From Potamilus streckersoni (taxonomy: Eukaryota), in assembly GCA_016746295.1 (NCBI GenBank), contig JAEAOA010001547.1, positions 855,988-919,987 of the forward strand: a stretch of DNA of 64,000 bases, in the 5' to 3' direction. The translations under genes were made by a program, and so were the position numbers. The notes under the pieces were generated by a model. It had not been told where the DNA came from. It worked only from the letters and a program-made list of their open reading frames with translations, and made no database searches. Shown here piece after piece: positions 54,142 to 64,000 of the stretch; the stretch's first letter is position 1, and each line of letters starts with the position of its first letter.

Positions 54142-56050
54142 TCTGTTTGTGTAAAATATATAGAGTATGTAAATCTGAGTATTCTACTTCACAGCATGCT
54201 CTCAGTCACTGCTATGATCAAAGAATAAGGACCGAAGCAAATTTTAATTTTTACTTAATAGCTTGTATCAGTATCAGGCAAATTTAAATTATACAAGCTA
54301 ATAAAAAAACTCACATTTCTGCTCAATAACCAGCTCTTCCCTAAGGATGTTAAATAAGTTCTGTAAATGAAATAATGTTTCACAAGAACTTAGTTTTGAT
54401 TAACATTTATTGAGTAAAATGAATTTTTAAGAATCAGTTCTATATAATGGTAGCAGTGACTTCACTGTGACCACTGAATGCTTAATAGTTTATAGTTAAT
54501 GTGTTTGCAAATTATTACTTTACAATGGGACTGATTAACCATTTTATTTGGGCATGTTTAGCTTATTATTCATGTGACCTTATAAATGGAATCATCGTAA
54601 ATCTGGTAATAGCCCTTCTTCCATTCACTATAATTAGATGCTTTGGAAATACAGTCTAAAAGTTTGCCCTTTAGAACAAATAACATTGCTGCTCTTTAAG
54701 TGCAGATGCAGTCAAGAGGTCAGAGATTATTTTGATAAGACAATCAGCAGTCAGAAGGTATTGTGATGATCACACAAAAAAATATACACCACTCACTCGA
54801 TAACTTCAAAATTACTTACATGATGTTGATTCAGATGAAGGGATGAAATGAAAATGAGCACGGACTGCAAACTTTAATGAATTACATGATGCTGTGTATA
54901 CATGGTTCACACAGCAACGTGTCACAAACCACAGGTGTTATTGTGTTCTAATTTATGTCGTTTTAAATTCTGAGACCCATTATATTCATGTTGGTAATGG
55001 TTAACCCATGTTAATTTATTTTTTTTCTTTCATTTTACTTCTACCGCATTAAAAGTCTACACATTGATCGACATTGTTTTCTCGAAATGTGTTAATCTTC
55101 TGTATTTAAAAAAACGTCTTCTTTGGATCAAACAATAAAACTAGAATCTATACCATTCACAACAAAAATTAGTGACATATTACACGTGTTTAGTCGTACA
55201 TGTGCTAAGCGAACGGAAACTATGTGGAATAATGTTTTGATGATCTCTTCAATATGCTGTAAGTTATCCTGAAATTAATGTTACTCAGTGAGGAAAAAAA
55301 ATTAAAAGTACATCTATATGAAGATATATTTATTCACTGTTAATATTAGCACTATTATTAATTGAGTATTCAACACTGTAACATGCCAAGCCACCCTACC
55401 CCCCTTTTGTCGCTATGACGAGCCCAGTATTAGTTTTGTTGTTTGTTATAGGTCCCTCGATAACTCGTGCCCTCACTTATATCACGGTCAATGTTTTTGG
55501 ACCCCATTGTTCGTGAGTTATCGAGAGAGAGGTGTACCACAGAAACTTAGCATTGTGCTTGGATAATTCTTCTGACACTATTTAATAAACACCAATTGCA
55601 TAAAACCTGTCTTTAAAGACTACTTCAATAAATTCACCAGATCTGAGAGAATAAATATTTAGTAATTTTGTGTGTGTGTATTATTACTTGTAAGACCATA
55701 GCTTTTTATCATAGAGGGTGGTTTCTACCGTATGATGTATTTACACTTAATGGCCTCTGACTATATCAAATTTATACATTTTAATGAAAAAAGTGTAACT
55801 TGGAAAAAGGTACAGTTAAGTTAAACCCATCACTGTAAAATTAAATTCTGAGCCACAACTAAATTAAATTTTCAAACCACATAATTGAAAGTTTTGCAGG
55901 GTGCTTAAATTAGGCATGTTTGCAATGTCATTAATAATTTATAGTAAAAATGTCTTTTTGCTACAATGCTTCATGTTTATGTCCCAGAACATGGTTTATC
56001 TAACAAGAATTAACTTTATTTGATCTTGCAATCAAATATTTGTAAGGTTC

Positions 56051-56197
56051 TTGTTGTTTATGTTATAGGGTTCAATGCCATTTTTCAGCACAAGATAGGC
56101 CATACATGGCAACCAGTATAAATGGTGGAAGAACCACCAGGGAAAACCCCAGAAAGAAGCACCAACCCATGAGGTTACTGGCAAGCATTTTCAATGG
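56051..56197 (-). mobile_element. tRNA-derived SINE, family 1, copy 3 (lacks the tRNA-like head)
   Basis: ttgttgtttatgttatagggttcaatgccatttttcagcacaagataggccatacatggcaaccagtataaatggtgga...ctggcaagc aligns with the body and tail of the copies at 13512 and 44385. Confidence 0.55.
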
Positions 56198-58832
56198 TAT
56201 GCATGCATCATAACTGCTTGCTTGGTTTGGAGAAATTATTTAACAAGCATTCCGCAAAGCAGAAGGCATTTACACAACATCTTTGAATTAACCCTTGACC
56301 TCACATCAGTCTGGAGGACGAATTGCCCAATTTGCACAGGATTTATCCATTAATTTACTAATTTGGAAATCATTTTCAGTTTACTACTCGTGCAAAATTT
56401 GTTGTGAACACTGGATGGGTATTGGGGGGGGCACTTTCTTTCAACATGCAGGGGATGAAGTTGTTGGTTACTACATCAACATCAACCAAATCCAGTCTAG
56501 AATGTGTAAAAATCATGAAAAAACATTAAACATTTTTCAGAATTTCATTTATAACAACCTTACTATTTTCTTACCAAATAGGTCATATTTTTAAGTTTTA
56601 GATTGAGAAAGTGGAAGTTTCCAATTATTTGGCCAATGGGTTATCCAAGTTTCACCAAATATTGGCATAAGTGGAGTTTCATTTTCAGTGAAGTGTTAAG
56701 ACTAAATACATTGAAACAGAAGTGTGTTTGTGTGCATGCACACACATTTGTATTTGGTGTTAAACCGAGGACATTCATAAGATTAAACACCAACATACCG
56801 AGGACACACCATCAACCAAGAATGTCCTCAGAAAAATGGTAAAATCTTGCTTCTACCAACTCATTTAGCTTAGAAAAATGTAAAATCATAATTTGTAGTA
56901 AGGTCATCATTTACATGTTCCTGATTTTGGAGTGATTTTCTTCCAAAGCTGGCAATATGCACATTTGAAAGCATGTCCCCAAATGCCCAGTGGAAAACTG
57001 GTAGAGAGATCTCTGCTATCAAATTACACATTGCAAAAATATATGACCTCACTTTAGATCCAAGCATCAAATACCAACTACTTACCTAAACTATAAAAAG
57101 AAAGCTGGTGAATATAACAGTCCCTGGTAATTTTTATTAATATTTCATGCATGTCAGAATAGTGTTGGGAAATTCATGATACATTCATACCATACACGTC
57201 CAATACAGGCAAATAAATCTATGATATATAAGAAAAAAGTACATCAATATGCTTTTGGAAATATGCATGAATTCATTGTAGAGTTTGTACCGATCCATCT
57301 GTAAAGATAAAATGTCCTGTTTGCGACAAGATTTCACACATGAAAAGATATTGAAAAGGCTTCTTTGATATGCATAATTTATGATTATTAAATGAGCTAT
57401 ATCCATCCCTATTTCATCATTTGCATACTTAGTATTTTAACAGGGGAGAAAAGATGTGACTTAAGTGGAAAATACTGTTAAGGTGAGATTGAATTATCAT
57501 TAACCAAATTTGGAAGTTACATGCACAGAACTTCAGTAATGTATTGAAAGATAAACATATTATAGAGGTCAAACATTTATTATCAAGATGATCTGTCCCA
57601 AAATGAAACATTTAATTACAATGTTTGTCATTATCACGCTCTTAAGATGTGACTACACATGCAAGCAATCATAAACTGTTGAATACATTTAATTTTCTTT
57701 TAAATGTATATACTACAGTTGGTGATTTGAGGGCTTTGCTAATAACATATCATGAATTATATTTGTATTGAAAGTTCTGTTGTAAACAAAGTCTTATTAA
57801 AACATCACACAAAATCTAAATACAAGGCATCAATCTATAGTTTTTCCAAATTTAAAGAGGTTTTTAATTACAGCCAAAATGTTCAGGATGTTCTACTGGA
57901 CCAACTTGTATTTATAACTTAAAAGAACATTTCTTTAAAGCTGCATTAGACTTAAGATTTATATTCATTAAGTCTATTTTAAGTATGTTTTAGACAGAAG
58001 GCAATGCAGGAAAAAAAAAACTGTTTAAAACTTCCAATCCCAATCAGCGATACAAAGAATACACCTTTACAAGATACCTTGAATTAGCAAATGTATCAAC
58101 TAAGTGATTTGGAAGGTGAACCACAAGAATTGTTGTACTATTAAAGTATATTTTTGTTCATTCATGGAGTCAAAACAATAAAACAGGATAAACTGTTTTG
58201 TAAAAAAAAGTATTAGAAAATTATCCCCATCAATTAACCATATAAATACATGTATTCCAATAGAACTCAGTACTTCACTTTATAGCCATTCAATTCAGTT
58301 AAAATAGATAAGTCGTTGTTGCTCTTTTCGTTGTGTTTAGTATATTATTATTCTCCGTGTTGAGGTTGATATAAAACACTATACAGATTACAATAGAAAT
58401 AATGTCTACATGATCAATTAATTCAGCCAAAGTGACTTGAAAAATAGTCTCCGTGAAATACACAATATGGTTTAACACAAACATTCGTTCTTATTTTCAA
58501 CATTACATCTGCACATGCCAGAGAGACAAGATTCATATGTGTATTATACAATGAAGATATTACTCGATTTTGTCAAAAAGTGAATAGTCATTGCCAATAA
58601 GGAAAGTTTCCTGCCATAAATACTAAAAGCAAGCCAAAGGTATTATTACAAGCCAGGGGTATTTCGTTGCCTGACCGAAGGGATTCTTAGTACATATGAC
58701 AAAAGGGATTTTAGTGTGGGGGGAAAAGTAAAATATAGAGCATATATATCAGGTTTCTAACTAGCAATATGTGGGGTGTGTGAATATGGGCATTTCTGAG
58801 ACAGATGTGAGGGAAGCAACAATAAATCTCGG

Positions 58833-59420
58833 TAATTAAGTCAGCATAATAGAAACTAATGTACGTTGGGTGTGATAACATATTAATAGCATGTCAAGTT
58901 TTTGGGATTCTGGAAGGCTTTGACAAATTTGGGTAAACAGGTCAGCATCATGACATATCTGGTTAACTGGGACATATTCCTGCAATTTCAGCAACATTTA
59001 GTAATAGTATGATCTGGGGCATGGGAGGTAATTAAGTCAGCATAATAGAAACTAATGTACATTGGGTGTGATAACATATTAATAGCATGTCAAGTTTTTG
59101 GGATTCTGAAAGGCTTTGACAAATTGGAGTAAACAGGTCAGCATCATGACATATCTGGATAACTGGGACATATTCCTGCAATTTCAGCAACATTTAGTAA
59201 TAGTATGATCTGGGGCATGGGAGGTAATTAAGTCAGCATAATAGAAACTAATGTACGTTGGGTGTGATAACATATTAATAGCATGTCAAGTTTTTGGGAT
59301 TCTGGAAGGCTTTGGCAAATTTGGGTAAACAGGTCAGCATCATGACATATCTGGATAACTGGGACACATTCCTGCAATTTCAGCAACATTTAGTAATAGT
59401 ATGATCTGGGGCATGGGAGG
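58833..59420. repeat. Tandem repeat, three complete 196-bp units at about 95% identity
   Basis: The unit taattaagtcagcataatagaaactaatgtacgttgggtgtgataacatattaatagcatgtcaagtttttgggattctggaaggctttgacaaatttgggtaaacaggtcagcatcatgacatatctgg.taactgggacatattcctgcaatttcagcaacatttagtaatagtatgatctggggcatgggagg starts at 58833, 59029 and 59225. Confidence 0.85.
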
Positions 59421-59619
59421 TGTCATTTATTGAGTTATTTTCGATAAGTTTGACTATTTGGCTATATAGCTCAAACAGTTTCTTTATTTCCTATTTATAG
59501 TGACTGTACATGACATTCAAAGAAACAAGAAAACAGACAGGTTCCTTGAATCTGAAATCATGTGCCACAGATTCATTATAGTTTGATATAAATTTAAGTT
59601 GCAGACCAGACTATATTAA

Positions 59620-60702
59620 GCCTTTCATCATGGCAGACCGCATATACGGTCCAGGGGAAGTAAGTCTGTAAACACTATGGACCGAGTTTTTGGTCTACGG
59701 CAGTGTCCTTTTTTAACGTTATAGTACCCAACTAAATATCTTTCGGAGTACCTCTAATAACTTCCATCTGGTAATGTAGATGTTATATTTGGATTATCTC
59801 ATGAGTTTAGCTTGTATTCAACTAGAAATAATGAACAAAGTAGGAACTTTTAATGTGTTTTCCAAATGCTGAAATTTGTATCTAAAATGGCGGCGTTTGA
59901 AGGAATTTTAGAACAGAGTTTTTGGAGGATTTAAATAATTTCGACCTGATAAATTTGTATGAAAATGAGAGAAGACGTATGGAGAGACAATGGAATGCAC
60001 TTGTGGGTGACAGCAATGATGATGAAGAGGACTTTGAAGGTTTTGAACCAGAGGAATTGTACATTCCACATGGTTTGGTTTTTTTTTTGATAAAGCCCGA
60101 AAACCAAAGAGATTTGTTTCAGTTTTCTGACAGAGTTGGGCACACTCGAGAGTTAGATGGATCCAGGAAAGCTTCAGAATATTTTCAAATATTCTATTCA
60201 GATAGAGTTTTTGGAAAAATTGTCCGTTTAACGAACTTAAATGAGGCGATCAAACGTGGCAGAGACAATAATAGGTGTGTGGACAGATCTCACCTTGGAG
60301 ATTTTTTTGGTTCATTTTATAGAATTTTATATATTATGGACACCATGAAAGAAAGACTTGTGTTGCTACTGTGATTATTCACTAGTACATCTAGGGTCAA
60401 TTGAACAAGTTTTGAGAACTTTCTAAGTTTTCTAAGAGGTAATAAAATAATTACTTGTATTTTACCTGTTGTGTTACTGTTTGTACCTGCATTTTAACAG
60501 ATGTAATAGATATGCATATTTTTATTGAATTAGTCATAAAATTTGATTTTTAACCTTGATTTTGACACCTAATCCAGCCAGATATCTTTAACATTGGCAA
60601 TGTTATGTTGTTTCAAAGTCCACAAGTCATTTTGCTTTACAACTCCAAAGTTACTTAGTGTTGAGGACTCTATGCCTACAAAGTTACTTAGTGATGAAAG
60701 GG
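59620..60702 (+). mobile_element. Non-autonomous piggyBac-like DNA transposon (about 1.08 kb), copy 2, with TTAA target-site duplication
   Basis: TTAA at 59616-59619 and 60703-60706 flank (G)CCTTTCATCA...TGATGAAAGGG. An intact 150-aa ORF lies inside (59922-60374, MEDLNNFDLINLYENERRRMERQWNALVGDSNDDEEDFEGFEPEELY...). Confidence 0.75.
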
Positions 60703-61734
60703 TTAAGTGAAACAGGCTTTATCAATGTGAAGACCAGACTATATTAAGTGAAACAGGCTTTATCAATGTGACTCATGAATGTTGTATGACTAAAAATATG
60801 TTTGAGGAAAGGGATTTGTTAACATGTTGCATCAGGAAAAGAACAATCACATTTAATATAATTTCTCTCTGATTGGTTTGAAACTCATTTTTTCCTGTCA
60901 AAATTTTTGTATGCGTCTGTGTATCTGCATAATTATAGGGAACTACATGCCTGCTTTGGACACAGACAAGCAGGTAATGGTCTTTAATACTGAACTGAAT
61001 TCAGTCTTATTATTAGTGTCAAATGGAAACATTTATTCTGCAGTGTGAATTTCCATCTGTTTTGCCCAGGGAGGTGTAAGTAATAACTTTTTCCTCAAGA
61101 CAACAAATTTTCACCAGGTCAGAACTAGAGGATGAGTGGTTTTCCTGAGCCCCAATTAATCCTCTGTTCACTCTAAAATGTGGTTAAAAAGAAAAAGGAA
61201 AGAGTATTCATATTCCTTGGGCTCAAGAGTGTAATATGAGTGAGAAACAGGTGTAATGAGCTGTCATTGATATCACTTTTATTTTTACAAAATGTCCAGA
61301 AAAAAATTCCTGATTACCTGTTATCTTCATGAAAAATATGAAAAATATGCTGTTGGTACTCCAAATTTAAGGTCTGTTTAAAGTACAAATTATGTTGCAC
61401 CAAAACCAAAGAAGAAATTGTTTTAAAAGTTTTCACATTACTGGTCAATAGTATTGAACACCATTCCTAGGCTCCTGACAATTCTTATTTTCATAATCTA
61501 TGTCTTAAAGGGATGAAATCTAAAGTAAGTCAAATCTAACAAATATTTTCTACTTTTCTCAGATTAAATTTTTTTTTACAGATGAATTTTCCAAATAGAA
61601 TATGATATTTTATATATTTTTACATGCTCACTAATACTTGTGCATTAAGATTAAAACTTTATTTGATTTTTAGAATAACTCAATTCTTTAGTGCTAAGCC
61701 AAATTTGTGAAACATTGTACTGCATATATTATAT

Positions 61735-61822
61735 ATAACAGAAGCCTCAAAGTAGATTAGTTCCTGTAACTGAGTTACCTTCTCTAGTTAAAAAGTTGTT
61801 ATTATTATTATTATTATTAATT
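61735..61822 (+). mobile_element. Short 5'-truncated copy of the LINE family A 3'UTR with (TTA)n tail
   Basis: gaagcctcaaagtagattagttcctgtaactgagttaccttctctagttaaaaagttg + (tta)7 matches the 3'UTR motif at 21540-21600 and 39455-39510. Confidence 0.5.
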
Positions 61823-62281
61823 TAACGCGAATTCAGATCATTTTCAGGATTTACAAAAATGACACTACAGCTGTTGCTTAAATTCAAAGATTTCTGAGCT
61901 GATTGTATCATTTAAAATGACTGTTAGATTTTAAAATGTACGATTTATACCTACTATGAAATGCACACCAAAATGGCAAACAAGTACCTCTTGAAAAAGA
62001 CTCTTACGAGTAGCAAAAAAGATCTCAAGCTTCCAGGAATCCTAGATTGCACAATTTTTCATTTTAACTTTCATCTCTGACAGTCCTGAATAAAAACAGG
62101 ATTACTAAATGGATACCATGGTGGCCATATTGGATGTGGGATCAGCTACAATTTTTAATTAGTTACTAATTTCATTGTACCTGTCATCATACTTATTCAT
62201 AGGATAAGAGAGTCATGCTTGTTAGACAACTTTTTTAAAAAATACCATACAGGTGTGAAATCATCCTATGTGATCACTTAC

Positions 62282-62506
62282 TTTCTCTGTCAGAACATGT
62301 GCATTCACCATAGCTATGACTTCTTCATAGGCTCCTGGGAGGTAGGCACCAGTCTTCTTTACAAGCCACTCCTCACCAGTAACCCTGTTAGTACCACTTC
62401 GGTCCACACATTCTTTACGAGCACGGAGACGAATGGCCTGGTTTGGGCCAATAACAGTTGCCCTGAATGTTTCCTCCATAACTACTTCTTTTCTGGGTAT
62501 GTATGT
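62282..62506 (-). CDS. MVP: Major vault protein exon (repeat domains; most 5' exon visible in the window)
   Basis: (G)[75 protein letters not shown] matches human [76 protein letters not shown]. Acceptor atatttAG|GTACAT, donor AAA|GTAAGT. Roughly 150 N-terminal residues are unaccounted for, so further exons must lie beyond 64000. Confidence 0.85.
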
Positions 62507-63410
62507 ACCTAAATATGAGACATGTTATACTAATTTGAAGATAAGATCCTGACATAGTTTGACTTTCTTTAGAAACTAAAACAGGCAATGAACCAATAGG
62601 CTGCCACTTCTGTAGTAAAATTTGCTGATTTATTCCAGCTCGGAAAGTTTTCATGTGATGATTCTTTTTAAATAAAAATATAAAAATTTAATAAGATAAA
62701 CCTTAAACTGAAAATCCAGTCTGATTGACAGATAATTAAATCTGAAATCATCTAGGTTAGATATGACAAAAGTCCATGTGGTCTTTATAATGACAACATA
62801 CTAGGCACATAGAAAACTTAATGCTATATTCAACCAATCATCCTTTACGTTAGTGTAACACATACCTGTGACTCTACCGACGGTAGGGAAAAAAAATACT
62901 GTTTTGAAGACCATCTACTGCACATGCTGTTTAGTAGTCAAAATCTACCAATTTTGAAAATTTTCACGGAAATTTTTATTTTTTTTAAAATTCATTTTTT
63001 TACTCATTCTATCAACACATTAGATAAAGCAACCAGAACCAGTCTACTGGGAGCAGGATATAATAGACCTACCATATGACTGGTGCTGCCTTTCTTGATT
63101 CAGTAGTGGGATTACAATTATCAGGATGTGGACAATGAAGCGGCTAATTGATTACCATATTGTTGTAATTTCAAGAGTATATGACCAATTGCAGGATGTT
63201 GTTTGTGGTATTATAAACAATAAAAGGATCAAAGATAAACCTTGACACCAATAAGTCTTTTACTAAAACTGCCGATCTGTCGTGGTAGGAAGATAAAAAC
63301 TGAGACCGTCCAAAAATGATCTGGGCAGAAACACTTTAGTATTTTGATTTGATGTATTTTAATTGTTCTTGTATTGTTCACTATGGTTTAAAATGAATAT
63401 TTAAGGCAGC

Positions 63411-63900
63411 TTGTATATTTATTTTTCAATTCATGTCGAAATGCTGAAACTTCTGCTTTCTCCTAATGCTAAGAAGCCACCAGCTAAGAAATACTACATC
63501 AAGTCTAACAACGCTTGGATACCAGAATTTAAGTGTGTGCAGGCTAGTAGCAAAAAGGTCCTGACTTTGCATTGTGTCTTTTGTGCAAAATGGATTTTAA
63601 GATAACATATAGAGGAAGAAATTATATCACCAGGCATATACAGACACCATCACATAGGAGCAACAATTCTTCTTTAACAAACACACATTAAAGACATTTT
63701 TTTGAGACTGGATCAAAAGTGGATAAAAACACAGACAAGACTATCTCCATTCTTCAGAAAATCCAGTGTGATCCAAGAAGTCTGCATGGACCAGAAGACT
63801 ATTGACAGCTTGCAGAGTTTGAAGGTAACAATCACAGTGAATGCCACCAGTTGTCACCAGACAATGATCTGAAGGAAACTAAAAATGCCTGTGGATTGTA
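63411..63900 (+). pseudogene. Degenerate fragment resembling the N-terminus of hAT (Buster or ZBED5-like) transposase-derived proteins, with a CxxC...HxxxxH zinc-finger signature
   Basis: ORF ...AKKPPAKKYYIKSNNAWIPEFKCVQASSKKVLTLHCVFCAKWIL, then after a frameshift/stop ...TYRGRNYITRHIQTPSH. This fits the pattern KKRKY..(Y/F)...F......C.(I/F)C.....(N).....RH..T.H seen at the N-terminus of domesticated or active Buster-type hAT proteins. It is broken by stops and continues past the window end. Confidence 0.3.
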
Positions 63901-64000
63901 TAAATAATGTCTTTGCTTGTAACATTTTCCATCAGATTCTGAATCTGAATTGTGTGCAAAATTGTGTTGTATTATAATATGAAGAGTGTTGTATTATAAT

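Noticed and set aside
38141-59420. CRISPR-like reading of the regular tandem arrays (satellite at 38141-38770 and 41340-42095; 196-bp array at 58833-59420)
   Set aside because: The sequence is eukaryotic (spliced MVP gene, LINE/SINE content). The units lack a repeat-spacer organisation: whole units are near-identical with no unique spacers.

Overview
This is eukaryotic nuclear DNA, not prokaryotic. It is AT-rich, has long perfect microsatellites, GT-AG introns and many interspersed repeats, and looks invertebrate, possibly molluscan, though the taxon cannot be proven from sequence alone. One large gene spans almost the whole window on the minus strand: major vault protein (MVP). I recognise it by reading the translated exons against the vertebrate MVP sequence from memory, about 55-60% identity in every exon. 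Nine coding exons are visible, covering roughly the C-terminal 700 aa from the repeat domains through the shoulder and cap-helix to the stop at 1523-1525. They are separated by introns of 3.9-11.1 kb. The N-terminal exons must lie beyond 64000. All other recognisable features are intronic repeats. There are two LINE families antisense to MVP, each with a CR1/L2-like reverse transcriptase and an APE-endonuclease C-terminus, and one carries a nested SINE insertion. There are two tRNA-derived SINE families with three copies each, all sense to MVP. A roughly 1.07 kb non-autonomous piggyBac-like element with CCCTTTCATCA terminal inverted repeats and TTAA targets is present in three copies. A satellite of 70-80 bp units occurs in two oppositely oriented arrays that form a roughly 4 kb inverted repeat. 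The window also holds a 3 x 196 bp tandem repeat, a fragment with an N-terminus like a hAT or ZBED transposase, and several long microsatellites. No rRNA, genuine tRNA gene, CRISPR array or promoter could be supported.
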